Source: a bacterium | GTDB lineage: Bacteria > Hinthialibacterota > Hinthialibacteria > Hinthialibacterales > Hinthialibacteraceae | Length of the DNA: 24,071 bases | Assembly (NCBI GenBank): GCA_041946805.1 | Contig: JBHGBC010000090.1 | Span: 1 to 24,071, forward strand | Direction of reading: 5' to 3' | In this document: piece after piece, positions 1-8,913 of the stretch | Layout of the letters: every line of letters starts with the position of its first letter | Position numbering within the stretch: the stretch's first letter is position 1 | Program-made: the position numbers and the translations under genes | Notes under the pieces: model-generated | Databases searched by the model: none | The model's input: only the letters and a program-made list of their open reading frames with translations | What the model was told of the DNA's origin: nothing

Positions 1-1
1 C

Positions 2-520
2 CAGTCGCACATGCACGGCGGCCCCTGGCCCACCCGCCGGATTCTCGAAACCGTCCAACGCTTCGCGAAATACAACGTCCCTCTCCATTTCACCGAAACC
101 ACCATCGTTTCCGGCCCCGGGAAATGGGAAGCGTGGGAAGCCACCACCCTCGAGGGTGAACTCTTCCAGGCCGATGAAGTGGAACGCTTCTACCGCACGG
201 TCTTCTCCTGCCCCGAAGTGGTGGCGTTGACCTGGTGGGATTTCTCCGATCACCGCGCCTGGCAGGGCGCGCCCTCGGGCCTGGTCCGCAAGGACATGTC
301 GCCCAAGCCCGCCTATCAACGCCTGTTGGAGCTAATCCAGAACCGCTGGCGCACCGTTGAAACTGTAACCACGGACGCGGACGGCCAAGCCCGCTTCCGT
401 GGCTACCGGGGCGAATACTGGATCATCGTGAAAACTCGCGCTGGACGGACCGCCCAACAGCCTTTCACTCTCCCCGCCGGCCGCGAACCGGTGTCTATTC
501 AAATCGAATTGGCCCTGTAG
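2..520 (+). CDS. Glycoside hydrolase family 10 (endo-1,4-beta-xylanase-like), C-terminal part; 5'-truncated by the window edge
   Basis: The frame is open from base 2 (QSHMHGG). It has GH10-type motifs QSHM, LHFTE (nucleophile Glu), TWWDFSD and GLVRKDMSPKPAY, then a beta-sandwich tail (TTDADGQARFRGYRGEY). Confidence 0.8.
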   Translation, partial: QSHMHGGPWPTRRILETVQRFAKYNVPLHFTETTIVSGPGKWEAWEATTLEGELFQADEVERFYRTVFSCPEVVALTWWDFSDHRAWQGAPSGLVRKDMSPKPAYQRLLELIQNRWRTVETVTTDADGQARFRGYRGEYWIIVKTRAGRTAQQPFTLPAGREPVSIQIELAL

Positions 521-523
521 ATG

Positions 524-603
524 GGGAGGGCGAGGCTCCCGCCGAGCCGGTGCTCGCAGAGGCATCCCTATAAAGGGCGGCTCACCAGGAGGTTCGCCCT
601 CCC
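524..603. repeat. REP-like inverted repeat pair immediately after the GH10 stop
   Basis: GGGAGGGCGAGGCTCCCGCCGAGCCG (524-549) and CGGCTCACCAGGAGGTTCGCCCTCCC (578-603) are imperfect reverse complements. Confidence 0.75.
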
Positions 604-625
604 GTAGAACCAATCCCAAAGTTTC

Positions 626-655
626 GTAGGATGAATTGGCGAAGCGTAACCCAGC
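626..655. repeat. GTAG-type REP-like unit, with a degenerate second copy at 794-820
   Basis: GTAGGATGAATTGGCGAAGCGTAACCC (626-652) matches GCAGGCTGGATCAGCGAAACGTAGCCC (794-820) at 20/27 positions. Confidence 0.55.
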
Positions 656-680
656 AATGCAATCCTCCGCCCTTTCATTT

Positions 681-713
681 CCCTCTCCCTCTGGGAGAGA
701 ATCAGGATGAGGG
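681..713. repeat. CCCTCTCCC-N-GGGAGAG(G)...GGGTGAGGG REP-like palindrome
   Basis: CCCTCTCCCTCTGGGAGAGAATCAGGATGAGGG. Its first 19 nt are identical to the reverse complement of the copy at 14730-14763. Related copies lie at 1003-1041, 2390-2422 and ~19454-19482. Confidence 0.75.
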
Positions 714-825
714 AATTGGTGGTGCAGTCATCTTGCCTGCCTGTCCATTCCTTCCCTTATGCCCCTTTATTCCTCCCCCATAGATTTAGCCTCGCAGGCT
801 GGATCAGCGAAACGTAGCCCCCCGC

Positions 826-867
826 ATCCTGGTCATCCTGTTAATCCTGGATATCCTGATTCAGACA
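826..867 (+). repeat. 9-bp-period ATCCTG tandem repeat ending in ATCCTGATTCAGACA
   Basis: ATCCTG at 826, 835, 844 and 853. The terminal 15-mer recurs as an exact reverse complement at 7807-7821. Confidence 0.8.
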
Positions 868-1002
868 TAAACGCATCGCCTGTCCTCTGCCTAACTCTGA
901 CGTGGCAACGTGCTCCTGCTATCACCATACTGCCTTTTCTAACCATCTCGAATCAATATCAAAACTCCGCACTCTCCGCGCCTTGGCGGTGCAGTAACTT
1001 CT

Positions 1003-1041
1003 CCCCTCTCCACCCCGTGGGAGAGGGGCCGGGGGTGAGGG
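1003..1041. repeat. REP-like palindrome (CCCCTCTCC...GGAGAGGGGCCGGGGGTGAGGG)
   Basis: Same family as 681-713, 2390-2422 and 14730-14763, with an internal hairpin CCCCTCTCC/GGAGAGGGG. Confidence 0.75.
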
Positions 1042-1185
1042 CAATGCGATGTAGGCAAGTGGGCGTTGAGCCTCTTTACGATCCGGCGGACCAGGGGCTC
1101 GACGGTCTTTTGCATCCCGGGCAGTACGCCCGGTGGATGAGATAGGTTATTCAAAGATCAATCGCTTACCGGGGATGACCTTGGC

Positions 1186-2172
1186 TTACAACCCCGCGAT
1201 GATACCCCGCAGATATTCGACATCCTGCCGTAAGACATCGGGGCGCTTTTCCTTCGGGAAGTGTCCGAGCGAGTCGTCCTCGATGCTCACATATCCCTTG
1301 TACCCGGCCTTATGCAACTCGGCGAGGATGCGCTTGAAATCCAAATCCCCCTCGGCTGCCGGCACGGAGTTTTTCCCGTATTCCCATCCCGGTTCGCGCT
1401 GGACTTCGCGCTGGTCTTCCGGATGAGCTACGTTCTTGACGTGAAAATGCCGGGCGCGGGGGATGTATTCGGTGACGTATTCATACACTTGCGCGCGGGG
1501 ATAGCCATACCAATAGAGATTGATCGGGTCCAGGCACAGGTTGAATTCATCCGGCGCGAAGGCTTTGAGCACCGGGCGCAGGTAATCGGGACGGTTCCAA
1601 TAATGCTGCAGGTTTTCGATGCAGACGGCCACACCGTGCTGTTTCCCGTGGGCTGTCAACTCCTTGAGCACGGCGATGGCGTGATCGACATTCGGCTGGA
1701 CGTTGTCCGGCGAGGCGGACCGGCCGAAACTCAACGGAAAATAGATGAGGTCCACGCCCGCGCGCGGAGCGTTTTCGATCAACTTCCGCGCCCACGCCGG
1801 GGCGGCCGGTTTCTCCCCCAATTGGAGTTGGATGCCCGCGCAGATCACCGGCGTGACGAGGCCCTGGGCCTGGGCGTCGGTGAGGATCTTTGCCGCGTTT
1901 TCGGGCGTATCCAGCCGGTAGGGCGTCTTGCCGTTCACGAATACGGAAGAACAGACGAGATCGGAGCCCGCGTTCAATTCGAATCCCTTGACGCCGATAG
2001 CCTTCGCCGCTTCCCAGGAGTTTTCCGAGTTGACTTGCCCCAGGAGGGGATTGCAGACGATCACTTCCATCCCTCCCGGTTGGACTTCCACGGCCTGCCC
2101 GGTGTAAACCATCAGGCCCAAGCCCAAAACCACTCCGGACACCAGCCACACGACGATCGGATTACGAATCAT
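1186..2172 (-). CDS. Sugar phosphate isomerase/epimerase (xylose isomerase-like TIM barrel, AP_endonuc_2), with N-terminal signal peptide
   Basis: Metal-ligand motifs CIENL, CLDPIN, HFHVKN, GDLDF and GYVSIED. Start placed at the ATG at 2172 (MIRNPIVVWLVSGVVLGLG) behind GGAAAGGA; the ORF track extends to 2235. Confidence 0.85.
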   Translation of the reverse strand: MIRNPIVVWLVSGVVLGLGLMVYTGQAVEVQPGGMEVIVCNPLLGQVNSENSWEAAKAIGVKGFELNAGSDLVCSSVFVNGKTPYRLDTPENAAKILTDAQAQGLVTPVICAGIQLQLGEKPAAPAWARKLIENAPRAGVDLIYFPLSFGRSASPDNVQPNVDHAIAVLKELTAHGKQHGVAVCIENLQHYWNRPDYLRPVLKAFAPDEFNLCLDPINLYWYGYPRAQVYEYVTEYIPRARHFHVKNVAHPEDQREVQREPGWEYGKNSVPAAEGDLDFKRILAELHKAGYKGYVSIEDDSLGHFPKEKRPDVLRQDVEYLRGIIAGL

Positions 2173-2245
2173 GATGGATCCTTTCCAAATCATTCTCTTC
2201 CACGACTGAAGAGTCATTGTAAACAAATTGCGCAAGATGAATAGA

Positions 2246-2504
2246 GGATCATCCGGGAGGAAGGGACAACCATGGCCAATTGCCCGGGATCGAAACCCTG
2301 GGCCGCTGAAGGCGGCCCCAAAAAGGATGCATTATGGAACAGTGAGCCAGGGACGCCATCCTGGAAGTTGAAAGTGGACGATAGGCTTTCCCTCACCCCG
2401 GCCCTCTCTCCGGGGGTGAGGGAATTGGATTAATCTCTCAATCTAGCTTGTTTAGATACTGATTGCGCATTTTGGAACAAAAGAACGTGCTTACCGGATT
2501 AACC
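2246..2504 (-). mobile_element. MITE-like element, copy 1 (259 bp)
   Basis: Ends are GGATCATCCGGGAGG (2246, +) and GGTTAATCCGGTAAGCACGTTCTT (2504-2481, -). The first 78 nt read from 2504 align ungapped 54/78 with 19372-19449. Internal CCCTCACCC REP hairpin at 2390-2422. Confidence 0.6.
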
Positions 2505-2657
2505 TAAATAGAAAGGATTATTCTCTCGAATCCAGCCGGATTTCTCAATTTCTGATTACCTAGCCGATCGATTTGTTTTATGATGGTATCAAACATGAAA
2601 GATCCGAGCGGGCCGGTTACCTCCCTGCTTGAATCCACTTGAATGGAGACTGTCAAC

Positions 2658-3698
2658 ATGAATACATCCAACCGCCGAACGTTCCTCAAATCCGCCCTGG
2701 CCGGGGGGATGGCCGCTGCCTGGGGCATGCCGGGCGCCCGCGCCGCCCTCGGCGCTTCCGAAACCTCCGCCGGTCCGGGATCCAGCCGCGTCGCGCTCAT
2801 GACCGGCGGCAACCGCATGGAAAACATCTTCAACGCGTTGCAACCGTTTTCCGTAGAGATCAAGAAAGCGGTTGGGGACCGCCCGGTCGTGATCAAACCC
2901 AACAACGTTTCCATCAACATACCCCTTTGCGCTTCCCACGCCGATTGCCTGGCGGGCATCCTGGAGTTTCTGAAATCCATCGGCCGGACCGATAAAATCT
3001 GCATTGCCGAATCGGCGGCCAATGGTCCGACCTTGGAGGGCTTCCATAATTACGGCTATTTCGATCTGAAGAAAAAATATACGGTGGACCTCGTGGACCT
3101 GGATGATCAGCCTGTCGATACCGTCTACACGCTCAGCGACGAGGACTTCCGCCCCCACGCGGTCCGTATGTCGCGCCGGCTGCTCGATCCGGAATCGTTT
3201 GTCATCTCGGCGGCCGTCATGAAAACCCATGACCTCGTGGTGGCCACGTTGTCGCTCAAGAACATCGTGTTCGGCGCGCCCATCAAGGACAAGGATTCCC
3301 GCGGCGGGCGCGGAGGCCGCAGCGACAAACGCATCAATCACGGAGGCGGAATTAAAGGAGTGAACTACAGCCTCTTCACCCACGCGCCCCGCCTGGGTCC
3401 CGAACTGGCGGTGATCGATGGATTCGAAGGCATGGAAGGATACGGACCGACGAGGGGCACGCCGGTGGACCATAAGGTGGCGGTGGCCAGTCTGGATTGG
3501 CTGGCCGCGGACCGCACCGCCGTGGAATTGATGGGCATCGATTTCGCGGACATCGGCTACCTGAATTACTGCGCCCAGGCGGGTTTGGGACAGGCCGATT
3601 TGAGTAAGATCGAAATCATCGGCGAACGCGTGCAAGATCTCGTGAAGAAATACAAACTCGCCGACAATTTTCAAGAGCAGATGATTTGGAAGGCATAA
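2658..3698 (+). CDS. DUF362 domain protein with twin-arginine (Tat) signal peptide
   Basis: SNRRTFLKSALAGG Tat motif. DUF362 motifs VVIKPN, MKTH, TLSLKN, VIDGFEGMEG.GP and D.LAAD....LMG. RBS GGAG at 2645 favours the ATG at 2658 (alternative 2643). Confidence 0.85.
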   Translation: MNTSNRRTFLKSALAGGMAAAWGMPGARAALGASETSAGPGSSRVALMTGGNRMENIFNALQPFSVEIKKAVGDRPVVIKPNNVSINIPLCASHADCLAGILEFLKSIGRTDKICIAESAANGPTLEGFHNYGYFDLKKKYTVDLVDLDDQPVDTVYTLSDEDFRPHAVRMSRRLLDPESFVISAAVMKTHDLVVATLSLKNIVFGAPIKDKDSRGGRGGRSDKRINHGGGIKGVNYSLFTHAPRLGPELAVIDGFEGMEGYGPTRGTPVDHKVAVASLDWLAADRTAVELMGIDFADIGYLNYCAQAGLGQADLSKIEIIGERVQDLVKKYKLADNFQEQMIWKA

Positions 3699-3846
3699 CG
3701 ATAAACTTATCCTTCACGCTGGCCTTCTGCCGGAGGGGGAAGAAGATGAGAATGCCATCCCGATACCAAAGTTGGGGCGCGTGGCTACGTGCTCCTGCTT
3801 CGATTTCACTTCTCGGATTCCCGTCTCATCTCCCTATTCCCTTCGC

Positions 3847-3895
3847 GCCCCTTTCAAGGGGCCGCCTACAACAGCCCAGGGTTTCAATCCTGGGC
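3847..3895. repeat. Paired REP-like hairpins
   Basis: GCCCCTTTCAAGGGGC (3847-3862) and GCCCAGGGTTTCAATCCTGGGC (3874-3895) are both palindromic and intergenic. Confidence 0.55.
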
Positions 3896-4056
3896 AAACC
3901 CTGCATTGAAATAACTCAACAGGACATAAAAGGGAACCTGGCACTTTCCAATTACGTATAAACTGATAAACGCCATGCGGATTGAGAATCGCCGGGACGA
4001 TTTTTCCGCCTTGTTTTGCCCTTTTCTTCATACCACAGCTGGGAGGATGAATCATC

Positions 4057-5649
4057 GTGAAGGAAATATCCATCCACACTCGCCTCCGCGTTCAATGGTT
4101 TCTGATTCTATTCCTTGCCGGAATCATTTTCTTGCACGCGCCGGCCCTGGCCCTGAGCTTATCGGAAAAAGTGGACCAGACTTTCAAAAAATGGAACACT
4201 CCCAACTCCCCCGGCTGCGCCATCGCCGTGGTGAAAGACGGCCAGATCATCTACGAAAAAGGTTACGGCATGGCCGACTTGCGCCATGGCGTTCCCCTCA
4301 CGCCGAACACCGTTTTCCATTTCGGCTCCAACTCCAAACAGTTCACCGCCTTCTCCATTTTCCTGCTCGAAGAGGAGGGCTGGCTGCAACTGACGGATGA
4401 CTTCCATCAATATATACCTGAGCTCCCCGATTTCGGTAAAACCATCACCATCCAGCACCTGCTGGACCATACCAGCGGACTGCGCGATTACCTGGAACTG
4501 CTGGCCTTCGCCGGGTGGAACTACATGGATGACCTGATCACGAAAGATCTAGGCTTCAAGTACACTCTGCGGCAAAAGGCGCTGAATTTCGATCCCGGCG
4601 AGCAATTCATGTATAGCAACACCGGCTTCATGCTGCTGGCCGAAATCGTGGCGCGGATCAGCGGGCAGACCTTCGCGCAATTCACCCAGGAACGGATCTT
4701 CACGCCCCTGGGCATGACCAACAGTCAATTCGTGGACAACCATCACGTAATCCTGAAGAACTTCGCGTCTTCTTATACGCCTCCCGTGGAAGGAGTGTAT
4801 TACGAGTACCCGGTCAATTTCGCCAGCGTGGGGGAGGGCGGATTGTACTCCACGGTGGAAGACCTCGTGAAATGGGACCAGAATTTTTACGATGCCACCA
4901 TCGGCAGCGGGTCGATCCTGGACAAAATGCACCAAAAAGGCATCCTGAACAACGGGCAATTGTCTACCATGTCCGCCGGATTGATTGTGACCTACTACAA
5001 AGGCCGGAGACTCGTCTATCACGGCGGCGATATCGCCGGCTATCATTCCCAGATCGTACGCTTTCCCGATGAACAGTTCTCCATCATCACCGCCTCGAAC
5101 ACCGCGGAGATGGATTCGATTGATTTGGCGAACAAGTCCGTGAGCATCGCCGATTTTTACTTCGCAAATCCGGACTCCACCGAAATCCCCGATTTCCTGA
5201 TCCATGAGCCCTCTCTGCGGGGTTTGGCCGGAACCGGCGAACCGGCTTTCTACGCGCCGGATCTGGACTTCGCCTCGTTTTGGAATCCGTTTCGCCGGAT
5301 CCCGCCGCGAAAGCCGAGTGGTTCTCAACCCCAATTATCTATTCCCCAAATGACCGCCGCGGAGGCGGAGGAATACACCGGCCGGTATTACAGCGAAGAA
5401 CTCGATTCGTTCATTACGATCGCCTTTGACGGCGTGGAAAATCTCTTGTTTCAAATCACCCGCAGCGCGTATCCTTATATGTTCAGCGTTAAAACCGTGA
5501 ACAACAATGCCTTTGTTTTCAATGAATCCAACCTGAACAAGGGCATTTTCCTCCGGAATCCGCTGGGCGAAGTAACCGGTTTCAGAATCAGCAGCAGCCG
5601 TGTCCTCGATTTGGAATTCCGGAAGGGGGAGATTGTCACGAAGGAATGA
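4057..5649 (+). CDS. Secreted serine hydrolase, class C beta-lactamase/D-aminopeptidase family, with a C-terminal accessory beta domain
   Basis: Signal peptide (..APALA), catalytic SxxK (GSNSKQF), LLDHTSG, YSN and HGG motifs. The C-terminal EYTGRYYSEEL.. domain is typical of this family. GTG start behind GGAGG. Confidence 0.9.
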   Translation: MKEISIHTRLRVQWFLILFLAGIIFLHAPALALSLSEKVDQTFKKWNTPNSPGCAIAVVKDGQIIYEKGYGMADLRHGVPLTPNTVFHFGSNSKQFTAFSIFLLEEEGWLQLTDDFHQYIPELPDFGKTITIQHLLDHTSGLRDYLELLAFAGWNYMDDLITKDLGFKYTLRQKALNFDPGEQFMYSNTGFMLLAEIVARISGQTFAQFTQERIFTPLGMTNSQFVDNHHVILKNFASSYTPPVEGVYYEYPVNFASVGEGGLYSTVEDLVKWDQNFYDATIGSGSILDKMHQKGILNNGQLSTMSAGLIVTYYKGRRLVYHGGDIAGYHSQIVRFPDEQFSIITASNTAEMDSIDLANKSVSIADFYFANPDSTEIPDFLIHEPSLRGLAGTGEPAFYAPDLDFASFWNPFRRIPPRKPSGSQPQLSIPQMTAAEAEEYTGRYYSEELDSFITIAFDGVENLLFQITRSAYPYMFSVKTVNNNAFVFNESNLNKGIFLRNPLGEVTGFRISSSRVLDLEFRKGEIVTKE

Positions 5650-5885
5650 ATTCCATTATTGAACATTTACGGAATCTACTGGTGCACACTTCCTTCCGGG
5701 TATTCCGCGGACTCCAGATCACCTTCTTCCCGGTATGGCTGTTCATTAACCCTGGTTTTTATGGGATGATCATCGGGGGATAGGGTAATCAGCCCTTTTC
5801 CCGGCGCGCGCCATGGGACTTCGTTCCATATTCCGGAACCGTTTTCCCACGCGCGGCAATCCATCGTGAAATCAGGTGAAAAGTC

Positions 5886-7766
5886 ATGCCTATCGACTGC
5901 GATTCCCGTTTGAAAAACCGGATCTGGCGCATCCTTGTTTTGCTGTTTGTGTTGATACAACCGTGGAGGGCCGCGGCCGGCGCGGAGGAAATCGCCATCC
6001 GCGATCTGGGCGTCCCCGTGCGTTCGGTGAACTGGGTGAGCCTGCATGCGGGACTCAACCAAGCCGCGTCTCCCAGCCTGTACGCGGTCATGGGCCAGAA
6101 CGGCGACAACTGTTTCGTGCTGCAGATCGATCCCGTTACCGGGCAATTCCACCAGTTTGTCTCGCCCGTGGCGGAGTCCAACTTCCCGACGGCGGTGCTG
6201 ATGAGCCGCTCCGGGAAGCTGTACATCGGCGCGGCTTATGCGGGACATCTGCTGTGTTTCGATCCCGCCCGGAACGAACTGGCCGACCTGGGTGCGATCC
6301 ATCCCGGGGCCGCCACGTTTCCCTGCCGCCTGGATGAGGACGCGCAAGGCCGCATCTGGATCGGCAGCTATGGGACGGCCGATTTAACCTGTTACGATCC
6401 CGCCAGCCAGCAGTTCAAAACCCATGGGCGCATGGACGAAGTGGATATGTACAACTATCCGCTGGTGAACCATGACGGCCGGATCGCCAACCTGATCCGC
6501 ATGACCCGTCCGCACGTGGTGGTGTTCGATCCGCAAACCGGAGAGAAGAAAACCGTGGGGCCCACCATCCCCAAGGGCGAAGGGACTCTCGATATGCACA
6601 AGGGAAACGACGGAAAGGTTTATATCGTTTCCAGCCAAGGGAATTTCCTGATCGACGGTTTCAACGCGGCGCCCGCGGAGGAAGTTCCGCCGCCCGCGCC
6701 GCCCAAGGGATTGCCGGATGGATCAACGTATTCTTTTACCGATGGTTCCACCCAGATGTACCGCCATTTGCGGATGCAATACCCGGACGGGACCTCCAAT
6801 ACCTTTGAGTTGAACTACGCGGCCAGCGGCAGCGACATCTTTTATCTGCACGCCGGGCCGGACGGGTGCGTGTATGGATCGAGTATCCTCCCGCTGCATC
6901 TCTTCCGGTACAATCCGGCCAATGGCGAGTTGGTTGATCTAGGCCAATGTTCCGAGGCCACCGGCGAGGCCTATTCGATGGCCAACCTGGACGGCGCGAT
7001 GTACATCTCGTCCTATCCCGGCGCGCACGTCTCGGTATACGATCCCACGAAGCCCTATCGCTTCGGCGCGAGCCCGGACAGTAATCCGCGCGAGTTGGGA
7101 CGCATCGACGATATCTCCTACCGCCCCCGCTCCACCCTGGCGGGACCGCGAGGCCGCGTGTGGCTGGCCTCGATTCCCGATTATGGCCTGTGGGGCGGTC
7201 CGCTTTCGTATTACGATCCCCGCGCCGGCGAAAAGAAAGCCTACTACCGGATCTTTGGCGATGGCAGCTGCTACACCCTGGCGCATCTCGAGGCGCCAAG
7301 GCTCCTGGCCATCGGCACGAGCATCGCCGGCGGCAGCGGCACGCAACCCAAGATCGAGCAGGCCGACCTGCTGCTGTGGGATTACACGGCCGAGAAAATC
7401 GTATGGCAGGGACGGCCGGACCGCCCGGTGAATACGTTCAATGCGTTGGTGGTGCATGCCAACGGGAAACTCTATGGCACGATCACGGGCGGCGCGCCGG
7501 CCGAGCTCTTCGAGTTCGATCCGGCGGCCAAATCCTTCACCGCCCGGTGGCCGCTTCCCCAAGGCTCGCCCTTGGATCTCGGGCTGCAAAACGGGCCGGA
7601 TGGATTTATCTATGGTTTTACTAATACCTGCATTTATCGTTTCGATCCGAACAACCGTCAAAACGAAGTGATCCTGCGGGGTGAATTCAGCATCGCCGGC
7701 CCCATCGTGGGGAAGGATATCTATTTCGCCAAGGGGTTCCAATTGCAAGCGGCGCGGATTTTTTGA
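5886..7766 (+). CDS. Secreted beta-propeller repeat protein of unknown function
   Basis: Signal peptide, then repeated blade motifs (GKLYIG, GRIWIGS, GKVYI, GPDGCVYG, GRVWLAS, GKLYGT, GPDGFIYG) each followed by x-[YF]-[DN]-P. Pro-rich linker APAEEVPPPAPPKG in the middle. Confidence 0.75.
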   Translation: MPIDCDSRLKNRIWRILVLLFVLIQPWRAAAGAEEIAIRDLGVPVRSVNWVSLHAGLNQAASPSLYAVMGQNGDNCFVLQIDPVTGQFHQFVSPVAESNFPTAVLMSRSGKLYIGAAYAGHLLCFDPARNELADLGAIHPGAATFPCRLDEDAQGRIWIGSYGTADLTCYDPASQQFKTHGRMDEVDMYNYPLVNHDGRIANLIRMTRPHVVVFDPQTGEKKTVGPTIPKGEGTLDMHKGNDGKVYIVSSQGNFLIDGFNAAPAEEVPPPAPPKGLPDGSTYSFTDGSTQMYRHLRMQYPDGTSNTFELNYAASGSDIFYLHAGPDGCVYGSSILPLHLFRYNPANGELVDLGQCSEATGEAYSMANLDGAMYISSYPGAHVSVYDPTKPYRFGASPDSNPRELGRIDDISYRPRSTLAGPRGRVWLASIPDYGLWGGPLSYYDPRAGEKKAYYRIFGDGSCYTLAHLEAPRLLAIGTSIAGGSGTQPKIEQADLLLWDYTAEKIVWQGRPDRPVNTFNALVVHANGKLYGTITGGAPAELFEFDPAAKSFTARWPLPQGSPLDLGLQNGPDGFIYGFTNTCIYRFDPNNRQNEVILRGEFSIAGPIVGKDIYFAKGFQLQAARIF

Positions 7767-7806
7767 GGACGGATATGTGGTATTCCAGGGACCATTCCAT
7801 GGTTGT

Positions 7807-7821
7807 TGTCTGAATCAGGAT
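7807..7821 (-). repeat. Single ATCCTGATTCAGACA repeat end
   Basis: TGTCTGAATCAGGAT is the exact reverse complement of 853-867. Confidence 0.6.
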
Positions 7822-8307
7822 GGTCAAATGGCCCGGATTCATCATGTTACCGTCCCGTAGGTTCACTCCCTGCCCTGCCCCGGTGCAACGGCAAGGTAGA
7901 AACGCTTGGCCACATCCCTCGACGATTCCGTTGCCCGGATTTCACCTCAGGGACGAGGCATGGCATCCTGCTTTGCATTCCATGGTTATATTCCAGGAAA
8001 TTGGTTACCGAATTACAGAACTGTATCGATGAACACCAGCCGCAAGGCATGGGTACAGCCCCGGACGAAAATCCAAGCAATGTGAAGAAAAAAGTAAATA
8101 AGACCCCCTGCCTCTGGACAAGCATTCGGGTGAGGGACTTATGCGGGAGCGGACCAGGATTTCCACCCGGATCGCTGGCGTGATGAGAGGTGTTGATCTT
8201 CCCTCACGCGCTCGCTTCCCGTAGGAGCGTTTTTTTCCCCATCAAATAAATCTTTTGACCGATCCGTGGCGTTATGGGAGTGGAGAGGTTGAGAGGAATA
8301 CCCAGCA

Positions 8308-8913
8308 ATGAATTCGCTTATTGCCGTGGACCTGGTGAAGGAACTCGATGCGCCGCCCGCGGTCACCGATGAGGCCTGGACCCGGGGATGGCCTCAAACC
8401 GCGCGCGAGTTCGAAGCCTTGGTGGAGGCGTTCCAGGACCGCCTGGTCCGGTTCGCGTTCCGGCGGCTGGGCCATCGGCAGGACGCCGAGGACGCCATCC
8501 AGCAGGTGTTGGTCAACGTTTTCCTCCATCGGATCAAGTACCGGGATGTGCCCCATGTCACGGCCTTTCTCTACCGTATGGCGGCGAACGCCTGTGTGGA
8601 CGCGGCGCGAAAACGCGGCCGGAGGGCGGAGGTTTCCCTGGAGGCCATCGCATCCCGGGAACCCGTGGATGGAATTCCCAGCGCCGCAAGCGAGACGGCC
8701 GCCCGAGAGGAATTCCGCCGCATCGAGACCTGGCTGGCCGTTCTTCCACGCCGCCAGGCGGAGGTGATCCGCTGCCGGGTTTTCGATGAATTGAGCTTCG
8801 CGGACATCGCCCGGATTATCGGCCGCTCCGAAGCGACGGTGAAATCCCGGTTCCGGTATGGATTGCTGAAATTGAAGAAAAAGATCCTGTCCGAGGGTGA
8901 GGTGGCGAAATGA
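8308..8913 (+). CDS. ECF-type sigma-70 family RNA polymerase sigma factor
   Basis: Region 2 (DAEDAIQQV..FLYRMAANACVDAARK) and region 4 (LPRRQAEVI..LSFADIARIIGRSEATVKSR). RBS GAGAGGA. Stop overlaps the next start (ATGA). Confidence 0.92.
   Translation: MNSLIAVDLVKELDAPPAVTDEAWTRGWPQTAREFEALVEAFQDRLVRFAFRRLGHRQDAEDAIQQVLVNVFLHRIKYRDVPHVTAFLYRMAANACVDAARKRGRRAEVSLEAIASREPVDGIPSAASETAAREEFRRIETWLAVLPRRQAEVIRCRVFDELSFADIARIIGRSEATVKSRFRYGLLKLKKKILSEGEVAK

Noticed and set aside
826..867. CRISPR-like interpretation of the periodic repeats
   Set aside because: Units are 6 bp with 3-bp spacers. There are no 23-47 bp repeats with unique spacers and no cas genes anywhere in the window.
1261..2244. Long antisense ORFs (1261-2244 +, 2589-3674 -, 9174-10619 -, 15252-16361 -, 17736-19280 -, 19898-20704 -, 21165-22004 +)
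   Set aside because: They are shadow frames of well-supported genes in GC-rich DNA, with no recognisable motifs.
4057..5649. Calling the serine hydrolase an antibiotic-resistance beta-lactamase (ampC)
   Set aside because: It has an HGG rather than KTG triad and an extra C-terminal domain, which fits the broad peptidase/esterase branch. There is no evidence for resistance.
7767..8307. Possible ncRNA or ECF promoter in the 540-bp gap before the sigma gene (CCGGTGCAACGG...CCGTTGCCCGG stem; TGACC...CGTT)
   Set aside because: One imperfect stem with no family signature, and the TGACC-CGTT spacing (9 bp) is too short for a typical ECF promoter.
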